DNA of 63,344 nt, filler included, from Octopus bimaculoides (lineage: Eukaryota): the NCBI RefSeq assembly GCF_001194135.2. It is 7 parts of 7 records of this genome, joined end to end, with 100 filler letters (N's around TTAATTAATTAA, not from the genome) between each part and the next. Parts side by side here need not be neighbours in the genome. Positions count along the whole stretch, not along the records: positions 48,274 to 58,964 come from NC_068995.1; positions 59,065 to 63,344 come from NC_068986.1; 5 more parts are not named here. The stretch is one strand, 5' to 3'. The notes under the pieces are model-generated. The model had not been told where the DNA came from. It did not search any database and saw nothing but the letters and a program-made list of their open reading frames with translations. The first letter of the stretch is position 1, and each line of letters begins with the position of its first letter. The position numbers were made by a program, and so were the translations under genes. Of this stretch, positions 50,455-63,323 are shown piece after piece.

Positions 50455-51310
50455 TACGGAAAAAGACAGATACAGAAGAACGCCAAGACAAATACAGAGG
50501 ACCGGTGGCTATGGATGAGGAGGAGTGACTTGAAAATAGAGAGAGAAGCACTCATATGCGCAGCTGAGCAACAAGCGTTAAGAACCAATTATATGAAGTT
50601 CAGAATTGACAACACTGCCAATAGAGACAAATGTAGAATGTGTGGTGAGAGGGATGAAACGGTGTGGCACATCGTTAGCGAATGACAGATTGGCACAACG
50701 CGAACAGAAACGACGCCATGCAATGTGGCAAGAATGATCCATTGGGAACTCTGTGGAAATCACGGCCTACAAAGAGCAAATATATGGTATGAACAAACCT
50801 CAGAAGGAGTTACCGAAAATGAGAATTGCGAAATCCTGTGGGATGTAATGATCTAGTGTGATCACCTGATCAGACATAGGAAACTGGACATTGTTGTAGT
50901 GAAAAAAAAAGCAAGAGCATGTATGATAATCGACATAGTATGCCCCGGTGACAACAAGATCAATGTGAAAGAAGAAAAAAATAAACAATTATGACGATTT
51001 AAAGTGGGAAATACGAAGGTTGTGGTCAATGAGGAGAAAAGGCGTGATACCAATAGTAATTGGTGCACTTGGAAGTATCAGCACTCAACTACGAACATGG
51101 CTCAAAAAGATTGGTGCCAGTGTGAAGGTAGAACACCTATAAAAATCATCATTGCTTGGAACTGCAAGAATTTTTCGCAGGCTTCTTGAAGCATGACCAG
51201 TAAACAAGGGTCACCTTAGTCTGCTGGCAGTGGACAGCTGACACTTTCTATCATACCCAGCAAAATAAGCTGTGAGTTTTCATATAATGATTATAATAAT
51301 GATGATAATA
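50455..51310 (+). mobile_element. 5'-truncated R4/Dong-clade LINE: CCHC knuckle, restriction-like endonuclease, 3' UTR and (AAT)n tail
   Basis: ALICAAEQQALRTNY...CRMCGERDETVWHIVSE...RHxxVARMIHWELC...EILWD...RKLDIVVV...IIDIVCPGD...KINNYDDLKWEI...IPIVIGALG...LLGTARIFRRLLEA*, with several stops and frameshifts. Confidence 0.92.
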
Positions 51311-51312
51311 AC

Positions 51313-51490
51313 AATTTCAAATATTTGCCACAACGACCCCAGTATTCAACTGCTACTTATTTTTATCGACTCCGAAAGGATGAAAGGCAAAGTCGACCTC
51401 GACGGAATTTGAACTCAGAACGTGAGGACGGGTGAAATTCCGCTAAGCATTTCGTCCAGCGTGCTAACGACTTTGACAGGTCGCTGCCTT
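51313..51490 (-). mobile_element. Family-A SINE
   Basis: Alignable to the consensus. Confidence 0.85.
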
Positions 51491-51494
51491 GGTA

Positions 51495-51534
<40 letters not shown>

Positions 51535-52145
51535 NNNNNNNNNNNNNNNNNNNNNNNNNNNNNNNNNNNNNNNNNNNNNNNNNNNNNNNNNNNNNNNNNN
51601 NNNNNNNNNNNNNNNNNNNNNNNNNNNNNNNNNNNNNNNNNNNNNNNNNNNNNNNNNNNNNNNNNNNNNNNNNNNNNNNNNNNNNNNNNNNNNNNNNNNN
51701 NNNNNNNNNNNNNNNNNNNNNNNNNNNNNNNNNNNNNNNNNNNNNNNNNNNNNNNNNNNNNNNNNNNNNNNNNNNNNNNNNNNNNNNNNNNNNNNNNNNN
51801 NNNNNNNNNNNNNNNNNNNNNNNNNNNNNNNNNNNNNNNNNNNNNNNNNNNNNNNNNNNNNNNNNNNNNNNNNNNNNNNNNNNNNNNNNNNNNNNNNNNN
51901 NNNNNNNNNNNNNNNNNNNNNNNNNNNNNNNNNNNNNNNNNNNNNNNNNNNNNNNNNNNNNNNNNNNNNNNNNNNNNNNNNNNNNNNNNNNNNNNNNNNN
52001 NNNNNNNNNNNNNNNNNNNNNNNNNNNNNNNNNNNNNNNNNNNNNNNNNNNNNNNNNNNNNNNNNNNNNNNNNNNNNNNNNNNNNNNNNNNNNNGAAAGC
52101 ACGTTATAAAAATAAAACTACTGAATAATAATAATAATGATGATG

Positions 52146-52224
<79 letters not shown>

Positions 52225-52241
52225 TAATAATAATAATAATA

Positions 52242-52272
<31 letters not shown>

Positions 52273-54063
52273 CAATAAACACGTTCGTTCGTTAGTTCAT
52301 GGGTTTAATTGCCGGAAGGAACAATGTGTTGTGTCTTTAAGCAAGTTACTTCATTTCACATTGCTCTTGTCCATTCAGCCGAAAATGTATATCATCAGCG
52401 ATAGCCAGGGTTTAAGTCACCGATGGAATGGCGTTTCTTCCAAGAGGAATGTTGTACACACACCGTAGCTTAAACGCTATAGAAACCAGGTTAACTACTA
52501 GTGATCTCAACATAGTCTGGAAACGGACTGTGTTTGGAAAATGTTATTTGAAAAGGTAAAAAAAAAAAAAATAGACACGTTGTGAATGACTACGAGAGGT
52601 TAGCGTGGGATATTGACCCTAAAGAATTCTCAAGAATTATATTTCTAACTTTATAGAGACTTTTGCTAAATCACTTCAAGAATTTGTTTTCAATTCTATT
52701 GCAACTTCATTCAATATTTTGCTTCACTAGCCACAACGGTCAGCTGAGATTTTATTTTAAATTTTAATGTCTCGTTCTATGTTTTCTCTTAGCAACTATG
52801 GTTTCCTTTGAGATTGAATAAAATGCAGGTTTCAGTATTTTCTGCTGCAAACCACAGGCCACCGCAGATAGCATAACTTCATCCACACATATACTAGCAG
52901 TTTATCTTTGGTCGTTCTCTATAAGGCCCCTAAAGAATTCACATCATCGATTTCGCCATAGAATTAATGCTTCTTTAACCGAACAGATATCTGTTGGATG
53001 TTGAACGTTATACAGTGGCATTTGGGAAATGTTTTGAGAAGAAATAAAACTGACCGATTACGTGAGGTTAGTGTGGGTGGAATATTAATCGTCTGAATGT
53101 ATGTGAGTATATATGTACGCATGTATGTATGTATGTATGAATGTATGTATGTAAGTACGTATGTGTGTATGTACGCATCTATGTTTGTGAATGTGTGCTT
53201 GTATGTATGTGTGTGTGTGTGCACGTATGTATGTGTGTGCTTGTATNNNNNNNNNNTATGTACGCATCTATGTTTGTGAATGTGTGCTTGTATGTATGTG
53301 TGTGTGTGTGCACGTATGTATGTGTGTGCTTGTATGCTTGTGTGTGTATGTGTGCATATATGCTTGCATGCGTGTATGTATGTATGTATGTATGTATGTA
53401 TGTATTTATGTATGCATGCATGTATGTATTTATGTATGTATGCATGCATTTATGTATGCGTCGTGCCGTAGAAATACTCGGCTTTATGTTCGTGGGACTT
53501 CTGGTCTTGGTTAAGGCATCTCTCTCGGAGAAGACTGACTCGTGTATAAAACCCGCAGCTCTCCTGGGCCAGATATCTTGCACTTTGCTTGTCTTTCGGT
53601 CTCTTGTGTTCTTGACTCTTGTATCGGATATATGAAACAGTTAACAGATTACTGGACGAAGCTGACCCCAACCTTTTCGGCGCCTTTTCATAGCGCCAGA
53701 GTAGATCTTGGTTTAGATGTAAAATCCAAGTAAAATGAGAAGAGTACTTTCGTTATCTTTTATAGTCTACTGGTGTCGAGGTACTCTTTGCGTTGGTGTT
53801 GTTCTCATTAGTATCAGCGATAATCGTATTAGCGGAATTCAACGTGGTATAAGATGTGTTTTTGACAATACGGTCACAATAGCGTCGAGTGGGTAAGAAA
53901 AAGATGTTTATCTTATGTATAATTAGAGAAATAATCCTTTTACTGATTTAGATCGAAGGCGTTGGCATAACTGTAACTGAAAACTTCAAAAATGAATTTT
54001 AAACAGTCCACTGCGCCTGCATATCTGGTGTATGTATGTAGGTCTCTTCTATTTTTTAATTAT

Positions 54064-54432
54064 TATAAATTTTCCACCGAGAAGAGAGCCGGTTTTCAAC
54101 AAAGATACAAGGCTCCATCTTTGGGATGTAGTTAACACAGACAAATTCACATTTGTAACTTGAGAAAAGTCTTGCATATTTTTAGTATTCCACTCACAGA
54201 TTGTACTTATAATGTACGAATCAGCCGGTCAATTTCTCTTTCTGAAAATCCCAGTTTATCCAGATTCTCCTTTAAGCATTTACTAACAAAACCTAGTGCT
54301 CCAATTATTAGTAGTATGAATATGAATTCATAGTCTGGATATAGAAGGTGGAGGTTTCGAAGCAGTTGTCTATAGATATCCTATTTTTCTTTGATTTTCA
54401 AAGAAATATTTATATCTCGTCTCCATGCATAT
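54064..54432 (-). mobile_element. R4/Dong-type LINE 3' end, a second family
   Basis: Minus strand LLYPDYEFIFI..IIGALGFVSKCLKENLDKLGFSE...SVSGILKICKTFLKL, then 3' UTR and a (TAA) tail. Confidence 0.75.
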
Positions 54433-55575
54433 NNNNNNNNNNNNNNNNNNNNNNNNNNNNNNNNNNNNNNNNNNNNNNNNNNNNNNNNNNNNNNNNNNNN
54501 NNNNNNNNNNNNNNNNNNNNNNNNNNNNNNNNNNNNNNNNNNNNNNNNNNNNNNNNNNNNNNNNNNNNNNNNNNNNNNNNNNNNNNNNNNNNNNNNNNNN
54601 NNNNNNNNNNNNNNNNNNNNNNNNNNNNNNNNNNNNNNNNNNNNNNNNNNNNNNNNNNNNNNNNNNNNNNNNNNNNNNNNNNNNNNNNNNNNNNNNNNNN
54701 NNNNNNNNNNNNNNNNNNNNNNNNNNNNNNNNNNNNNNNNNNNNNNNNNNNNNNNNNNNNNNNNNNNNNNNNNNNNNNNNNNNNNNNNNNNNNNNNNNNN
54801 NNNNNNNNNNNATATATATATATATATATATACATACATATATATATATATAAAGAGAGAGAGAACGCGCCAGAGAGGGGCAGACAGAGACAGACAGACA
54901 GACTGATAGAGAGAGAGAGACACACACACAAAGAGATAAAGAGAGTGAGAGAGAGGGGAGATGTATAGATATGGATGACTATATACACACAAATACATAC
55001 AAGCGTACATAACTATTTATTTACATACATACATTCTCATACATATTTGAGTGTGTGACGAAACACAAACAATCCCATATTTATTACTTCTATGTGATTA
55101 GACGAAAACCTTTTCTGTCCTCATGACAAGAACATGTGACTCAGGTGGTTTCCCCCCCATCACCACCACCTTCTCTTATTGTTCAATATTCACTCTTCAC
55201 TTTTATACACGCCTGTTATTTCTGCTGAACTAAATTTTATATCTAACAAAATATTGGTTAGTTGGGAAATATTAAAAGGAAATAGTAAAAATGCAAAGCA
55301 AATTTCCTTCCCGAGTCATATATAGACTCATTGGGCCGGTTTCTTGGTTTCGTAGAGTATAAATTCCCCAAACGTCCTTTACGGCATCTATATAGGTAAC
55401 GAGGTGGAGAGGGAATTTTTTTTAGACTGTTAGATTAACTTGGAGAGAAACTCTCCACAGTATAGATGGCTACCGATTGAAGCAACGTTTCAGTATAGAA
55501 GATGAAAACAACAATTTTTATTAATTAGATTTGATTATAAATTTTGGAAGATCATGATCTGGTAAGATTAAATAT

Positions 55576-55788
55576 TGGTTTCAAATTTTGGCCCAAGACC
55601 AGCAATTTCGGGGGAGCGATAAGTCGATTCCCTCGACCCCAGTGTTCAAATTGACACTTATTTTATCGACCCCAAAAGGATGAATGGCAAAGACGACCTC
55701 GGCGGAATTTGAAGTTAAAATGTAAAGACGGACGAACAGCCGTTAAGCATTTTGCCCGGCGTGCTAACGATTCTGCCAGATCGCCGAC
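55576..55788 (-). mobile_element. Family-A SINE
   Basis: Alignable to the consensus. Confidence 0.88.
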
Positions 55789-56252
55789 TTGTATAAGAAG
55801 ATTAGATATTTAAAGATCAATACTTGAGGGTGGTGTATTAACCCTAAAACGTAAAGTAAATGCACTCATGTACTAGGTGATGGTGTTAAACCTAGCAATA
55901 TGTTAAGATAGCCACCTTAACTAGATTTTATAAGTCGTAGCCTCCTAAGGCGGTTTTTCAGTGTTTAGGTTGGTGTCAATAGAGTTTCTGCTACAGTTGT
56001 TACTGTAATCTTTCATTTATTTAAACATAACCAAAGATGAGAAGAAAGAGCGGCTCCATCGTTTATTTGTTGTAGCGGTGTTAACCTGGGCGCTGGTTTA
56101 GGCCTACCGCTTATTGATTTTCGTTACACAAACAGAGGACAACTTTGCGCATGCAAGCATACACATCTACATACGCGTGTATACACACGTGCGAATCAGT
56201 TTATAAATATATACACTCACATGCATGACTACGCACAGCGACATCTGCACGT

Positions 56253-56298
<46 letters not shown>

Positions 56299-57019
56299 GT
56301 ATACATACATACATGCATACATACACACACACTAACACAGACACACACACACATGTATATATAAACAACCATACATACATACATATGTGTGTGCGCCCGC
56401 GCGGGTGCATGTGAGTTTGTGCACACACAAAGACACAGACACACACACATATATATATGTATAAACAGAAGAAAGATGAAAGAGCCATTGCATTATTTAT
56501 GTTGCTGAACAGCGTTAAGATATAATTTAAGCGAATTCAAAAAATACGAAAACATATAAATAAAAATAAAGTATATTTGAATTGTCATAATCTGTGCGAA
56601 ATAAAAATCGAATAAAAAAAAAACAAAAATCAAGCAAATAAACAATCAAACAAACAAATAAACGAATCTATAGATAAATAAAAGAAACACTTAGTCAACA
56701 GCATGAAGCAAAAGCAACAACAATAAAGTGGTTTATTTTATTTTTCCTTTTTTATCGTTTAAATTTAAACTCCAAACCTTCACCAACCCTGTCACTTGGG
56801 ATGGAATATTTTTTAATATATTTTTTCCTTAATTCTTAGAAATGAATTCCTTGCTGTTTAATCCATTAATTCCTTCCATATATAGCTAATGGATTTCTGA
56901 TGTACTCGCTCGTTCTACTATTCCGTTTGTATTTATCGTCCTATTTTTAAAAACCAAATGTTTCATTATTTTAAAGGCAGCACTTTTTAATAGCACCAAA
57001 AATAAACATTTTGGAAACG

Positions 57020-57480
57020 GCAGCAACACCAGCAGGTAACAACAACAATAGCTTCAATATCGACAACAACAACAACAACAACAACAACAATAACAATATG
57101 AACACAACAAGCAGCAGAAATAACAACGACACCAACAGGACCTCGTAACAAGAGGAACAACAATAAAAATCAAAATAGCGGCAAGATTAGCTGTTGCAGC
57201 AACGGTAATACAACAACAGTAACACTACAGACAACGGTAACGACTGCAGCATTAACAAGAACAACAATTAGCCATAGCAAACAGCAACAACAACAACAAC
57301 AACAGCAACAGTTCCAACAGTTTCATTGTAGAATGGTAACAGCCGTGGCAATAACAATATCATCATCATCATCATCGTCGTCGTCGTCATCATCATTCAT
57401 AACAGCAACAACAGTCAGAAGAGAAACATGGGTAACAGCCGCATCAGCATCAACAACAACGACAAGAACAAGAAGCAACC
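57020..57480. repeat. Degenerate AAC/AGC/CAT low-complexity tract
   Basis: Directly visible; stops in all frames. Confidence 0.85.
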
Positions 57481-57803
57481 AAACAAGCGAGCGTATAAAC
57501 TCATGAAAGAAAATTAATTTAAATCTTAAATGCTACGTCAGGAAAATGTCACACAATTTCACACACATCGTAAAATCGGAACGAACGTTTATAAATCAGA
57601 ATTCTTAAGGGTGCATATATGTATGTATGCATGCATGTATGTACGAATGTATACATACATACATATAAATATATATATACACACACACACACACACATGT
57701 GCATACATACATTCACATTTACATACATGTATATGTGTATGTGTACATATATTCATTTATTCTTCTATATGCCTCAGCCCTAAGGCTGTGACCATGTTGG
57801 GGC

Positions 57804-57928
<125 letters not shown>

Positions 57929-58014
57929 ATATGCATATCTATACATATGTGTGTGTGTATGACATGTATCTATGTTTGTGAAGCTCTCCCTCACTATAAG
58001 TGTACGCAAGTGTG

Positions 58015-58067
<53 letters not shown>

Positions 58068-58349
58068 CTAGTCGAACAAACAAGATTAATTGAATTCAGT
58101 ATATGATTATATATATTTTTTTATTATTTTAAATTTGCAGAGGTTGCAAAGCAGCTTAAAAGCTTACAATTCAATTGGTGCCGTGCTCGAAAATCCAGTC
58201 CCTTGAATAATTTTTCTTTCAATTATTTTATCTGTAAATGGTATTACATCATAAATTCTAGTCTCAAGATCGGATGAAACCGAGCAGTCAACAGATGATA
58301 ATCTTAGCCTGTTTCTAAAATATATGTGACGACATATATGATTTCTCAA

Positions 58350-58570
58350 ATCATACATGTCGTCACAGCTCATATCTGTTATCGCAACTGATACATGACG
58401 TCATAATACATCCATCGTCATAACTCATATATGACGTCACAACCCATATATGACATCACAACCTATATATGACGTCACAACCTATACAGAACGTCACAAC
58501 GTATACATGTCGTCACCATTCATATATCATCGCAATCATAAACGATGTCAAAACTTAATACATGTCACAC
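58350..58570. repeat. ~19-bp minisatellite carrying TGACGTCA (CRE consensus) motifs
   Basis: Unit approximately TATATGACGTCACAACCTA. Perfect TGACGTCA at 58396, 58432 and 58470; variants at 58358, 58451, 58489 and 58508. Confidence 0.85.
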
Positions 58571-58701
58571 CCTGTTGAGAAACACGTTCAATTTAGAGCC
58601 TGTTAATGGCTTGACATGATCTGAGCATTGTTTAGTTCCCAGCTTGAAGCTACAATTTAGCCATATATATATATATAGATATGCGCACACACGTGTATTT
58701 G

Positions 58702-58920
58702 TATACAGAAATCCCTCGATCATCGCGGGTCTCACGTTCCAAAACCCCACGTGATAGGTGAAAATCAGTGAAGTAGAAAGTGTACTGTATATATATATTT
58801 TTGTTATTTCTATAAGTTGTATATATTCATTTTATTATAAATGCAAAACAGTACCACGGAGGAATTGACGTAAAGTTAAATGATAACCCGCAATAAGTGA
58901 GACATGATATGGCGAGGAAA
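58702..58920 (+). mobile_element. Tigger/pogo-like MITE
   Basis: Homolog of 38085-38303, starting TACAG. Confidence 0.65.
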
Positions 58921-59408
58921 TATTGTATATATATATATGTATGTATATATATATATATATATATNNNNNNNNNNNNNNNNNNNNNNNNNNNNNNNNNNNN
59001 NNNNNNNNTTAATTAATTAANNNNNNNNNNNNNNNNNNNNNNNNNNNNNNNNNNNNNNNNNNNNATATATACACATATATATATATATATGTATGTATAT
59101 TTATATATATATATTTATATATATGTATATTTATATACATATTTATATATGTGTGTATATATATGTACATATATATATATGTGTATATATACATATATAT
59201 CTGTATGTGTATATATATGACTATATCTGCATTCGTATATATCTGTGAACTGATATATATATAATGGTAGACTTTTATTCTATATTGTATCATTTGACAC
59301 TATTTCATAATATATAGTCCTTGTGACTACATATTCTAAGAATCAAGATATGACCAAAAGAAATTACCACGCTTGCATTAAAATTTTATTAATACACTTT
59401 CTCTTCAG

Positions 59409-59588
59409 ATGATCCTCTTTGCAACCAATACCCAGACGGCATGAACCGTGACCCTAGTGACTGCCATAGGTTTATTCCCTGTTTCAAGCGTACCTCATAC
59501 CCTTCCATGGCGTGTCAATTCAATCTTTTCTTTGACCCCCAGACTCAAAGATGTAGCGAGATTCGTCCGCCATATTGTCAAATCCAAT
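59409..59588 (+). CDS. Internal exon encoding one chitin-binding type 2 (peritrophin-A/CBM14) domain
   Basis: Acceptor tacactttctcttcag| and donor |gtaagt; 180 nt, phase 1-1. Reads (D)DPLCNQYPDGMNRDPSDCHRFIPCFKRTSYPSMACQFNLFFDPQTQRCSEIRPPYCQIQ, with spacing C-x13-C-x5-C-x10-C-x12-C-x7-C and the typical DP.DC..F..C and L.FDP....C motifs. Confidence 0.92.
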
Positions 59589-59742
59589 GTAAGTGACTTC
59601 TTTATATTTCATTTTATCATATTTCGTTTGACAAATTTATTTCTAAATTATCGCATTATAGAAAGATCTAGAGTCCTAGTGGCCATAGTAATAGTAAAAC
59701 TGTCAGAATATTTCTGATTGATGAGACGGAAGCTGGACAAAC

Positions 59743-59745
<3 letters not shown>

Positions 59746-59809
<64 letters not shown>

Positions 59810-60196
59810 TGGCACTCCGTCGCTTACGGCGTCGAGGGTTCCAATTGATCCGATCAACGTAAGAGCCTGCTCGTGAAATTAACGTGCAAGTGGCTGAGCA
59901 CTCCACAGACGTGTACCCTTAATGTAGTTCTCGGGCATATTCAGCATGACACAGTGTGACACAGTGTGACAAGGCTGGCCCTTTGAATTACAGGCACAAC
60001 AGAAACAGGAAGTAAGAGTGACAGAAAGTTGTGGTGAAAGAGTACAGCAGGGTTCGCCACAATCCCCTGCCGGAGCTTCGTGGAGCTTTAGGTGTTTTCG
60101 CTCAATAAACACTCACAACGCCCGGTCTGGGAATCGAAACCGCGATCCTATGAGCGTGAGTCCGCTGCCCTAACCACTGGGCCATTGCGCCTCCAC
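59746..60196 (-). mobile_element. Family-B SINE, full length, (CA)n tail, 11-bp TSD
   Basis: TSD GGACAAACATT at 59735-59745 and 60197-60207. Confidence 0.93.
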
Positions 60197-60285
60197 GGAC
60201 AAACATTAACTCCGGTATGATTCGGCTTGTGTCAAAATTTGAAACCGTTTAAGATGGTGAGCCGTCAATCTCTTTAGAGCATCGG

Positions 60286-60770
60286 ATAAAATGCTCAACG
60301 GCGTTTGTTCCGGCTGTTTATACTCGAGTTCGAATTCCGCCGGGTATAACTACCCCCTTTCATCCTTCGAGGTCGATAAAATAAGTACTAGTGAAGTACT
60401 GGGGTCGACGCAATCGACTAGTCCCCTCCACAAAATTGCAGGCCTTGTTCCTATAGTAGACAAGATCATTTAAGGCGGTGAGCTGGCTGAATCGTTAGCA
60501 TACTGGGCGAAATGCTTTGCGGTATGTCGCCCATCGCTACGTTCAGAGTTCAAAATCTGCCGATGTTAACATTTTCCTTACATCCTTTTGAGGTCGATGA
60601 AATAAGTACTAGTTAAACATTGGGATCGATGTAGTCGACTTATACTCTCCCCCGAAATTTCAGACCTTGTGAAAAAATAGTAAAAGAGGCATAAAAGTGG
60701 AAATAAGTATCATATGAACACTGGAGTCGATGTAATTGACTTGCCTTCTTTTCTAATATTAATGATCTTT
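60286..60770 (+). mobile_element. Tandem family-A SINEs (60286-60470, 60473-60680, plus a fragment)
   Basis: Alignable to the consensus. Confidence 0.82.
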
Positions 60771-60839
60771 TTTCCTTTTTTACCAAAATTCGAAACTTAG
60801 TTTTGGCAATGTATATTCTAAGTTCACATCCTCTCAGTG

Positions 60840-61188
60840 TTAGCACTCCGTCGCTTACGGCGTCGAGGGTTCCAGTTGATCCGATCAACGGAACAGCCTG
60901 CTCGTGAAATTACCGTGCATGTAGCTGAGCACACCACAGACACGTGTACCCGTAACGTAGTTCTCGGGGATATTCGGCGTGACACAGTGTGACAAGGCTG
61001 ACCCTTTGAATTACAGACACAACAGAAACAGGAAGAAAGAGTGAGAGAAAGTTGTGGTGAAAAAATACAGCAGGGTTCGCCACCATCACCTTTAGGTGTT
61101 TTCGCTCAATAAACACTCACAACGCCAGGTCTGGGAATCGAAACCGTGATCCTATGACCGCGAGTCCACTGGGCCATTGCGCTTCCAC
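60840..61188 (-). mobile_element. Family-B SINE
   Basis: Near-identical architecture to 59805-60196. Confidence 0.9.
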
Positions 61189-61393
61189 TGCGGCGATTAA
61201 TAAAGCAACTTACATACACACTTGATTCATGAATTTTATGATTTTTATGCTCAAACAACATCAAGCAAGGAGATACATTCAACTGTGTTGTGCGAGTGAA
61301 CTGGTTTTCATTTCTCAAAACTAATTCACGTCTGAAAACTCACTAATCTCCCGAAGAAAAGAACTTAGGATATAAGTCAAAGGTATATAAATC

Positions 61394-61525
61394 GGTGAGC
61401 TGGCAGATTCGTTAACGCATGACAAAAAATGCTAAGCAACATTTCCTTTGGAAATTTACGTTCTGACTACAAACACCGATGACGTCAGCTTTTCATTTCA
61501 TCTCTTCGGGTTCGATAATATAAAG
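61394..61525 (+). mobile_element. Diverged family-A SINE fragment
   Basis: GGTGAGCTGGCAGATTCGTTA head. Confidence 0.7.
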
Positions 61526-62344
61526 TGATGTTATTGGTATCGGCCTTAAATACTGTGATGGACCAAAGTTACGTTCATATCGAATGTTGTGTTCTCCGTC
61601 AGTAATATGCTATGGAAATTGAATAAGCGGTCCGATGTGTCCCAGGGCTAAAAAAAAAAAAAAAATTATGTAAATAGTATAGACACATGATCGCAATTTT
61701 ATAATTTCAAGTCTTTTACCTACATAGTTTTATTTTTGGAAGAAAAGATTAACTTCTAGATTTTTAAAAATATTTTATATCTTATATATATATATATATA
61801 TATATNNNNNNNNNNNNNNNNNNNNNNNNNNNNNNNNNNNNNNNNNNNNNNNNNNNNNNNNNNNNNNNNNNNNNNNNNNNNNNNNNNNNNNNNNNNNNNN
61901 NNNNNNNNNNNNNNNNNNNNNNNNNNNNNNNNNNNNNNNNNNNNNNNNNNNNNNNNNNNNNNNNNNNNNNNNNNNNNNNNNNNNNNNNNNNNNNNNNNNN
62001 NNNNNNNNNNNNNNNNNNNNNNNNNNNNNNNNNNNNNNNNNNNNNNNNNNNNNNNNNNNNNNNNNNNNNNNNNNNNNNNNNNNNNNNNNNNNNNNNNNNN
62101 NNNNNNNNNNNNNNNNNNNNNNNNNNNNNNNNNNNNNNNNNNNNNNNNNNNNNNNNNNNNNNNNNNNNNNNNNNNNNNNNNNNNNNNNNNNNNNNNNNNN
62201 NNNNNNNNNNNNNNNNNNNNNNNNNNNNNNNNNNNNNNNNNNNNNNNNNNNNNNNNNNNNNNNNNNNNNNNNNNNNNNNNNNNNNNNNNNNNNNNNNNNN
62301 NNNNNNNNNNNNNNNNNNNNNNNNNNNNNNNNNNNNNNNNATAT

Positions 62345-62572
62345 ATATGTATGTGTGTGTTTATGTTTGTGTATGTGTGCCCCCAGCATCACTTGGCAAC
62401 CGATGCTGGTGTGTTTACGTCCCCGTAACTTAGCGGTTCGACAAAAGAAAGACCGATAGAATAAGTACTAGGCTTACAAAGAATAAGTCCTGGGGTCGAT
62501 TTATTCGACTAAAGGCGGTGCTCCAGCGTGGCCGCAGTCAAATGACTGAAACTTGTAAAAGAGTAAAAATAA
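62345..62572 (+). mobile_element. Family-C SINE 3' half
   Basis: Tail AAGGCGGTGCTCCAGCGTGGCCGCAGTCAAATGACTGAAAC. Confidence 0.9.
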
Positions 62573-62964
62573 AATCTCACAGCACACTTCACGGCTGTAC
62601 CCAACACATCACTGTAGGTGAATGGGGCAACCTACAGACACGAAAACCTTTGTGGAAGCTCAGCAAGGACGCGGCCACTTAATACCCATGCAGTTTTTGC
62701 TCATGCATTATTATTTTGTGCAAAAAAAATCATGGTCTGATACTTTTTGACTACAACTCGTAAGTTTTATAATACTCACTTCTTTCAGTCATTGGGCTGC
62801 GACTATGGTCAGAGCCTTGAAGAGATTTTCGTCGAAAACATCGACATAAGTACTTATGTTTTAAGTTTGATGCTTTTCTTATTAGTCTTTTAGCCGAACC
62901 GCTAGGTCACGGAGGTGTAAACAAACTAACAAACACACACACACATAAACACACACACACATTG

Positions 62965-63323
62965 TGACACGTTGGGTACGACGACAAGGGTTCCAGTTGA
63001 TCTGATCGATGGAACAGACATTAACGTGTAAGTGGCTGAGCACTCCACAGACACTTGTGGCCTTAACGTAGTTATCGGGAAGATTCAGCGTGACACAGAG
63101 TGTGAAAAGGCTGACCCTTTGAAATACAGGTACAACAGAAACAGAAAGAAAGAGTGAGAGAAAGTTATGGTGAAAGAGTACAGCAGGGTTCGCCACGACT
63201 CCCTGCTGGAGCCTCGTGGAGCTTTAGGTGCTTTCGCTCAATAAACACTCACAACACCCGGTCTGGGAATCGAAATCACGATCGCACGACCGCTGCCTTA
63301 ACCACTGGACCATTGCGCCTCCA
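62965..63323 (-). mobile_element. Family-B SINE
   Basis: Alignable to the other family-B copies. Confidence 0.88.

Noticed and set aside
53160-53335. ~78-bp exact tandem duplication
   Set aside because: The copies flank a 10-N gap: an unmerged contig overlap artefact.
53766-53892. + strand exon candidate (YWCRGTLCVG..., gtaaga donor)
   Set aside because: Its end phase (2) is incompatible with the phase-1 chitin-binding exon, and no family is recognisable.
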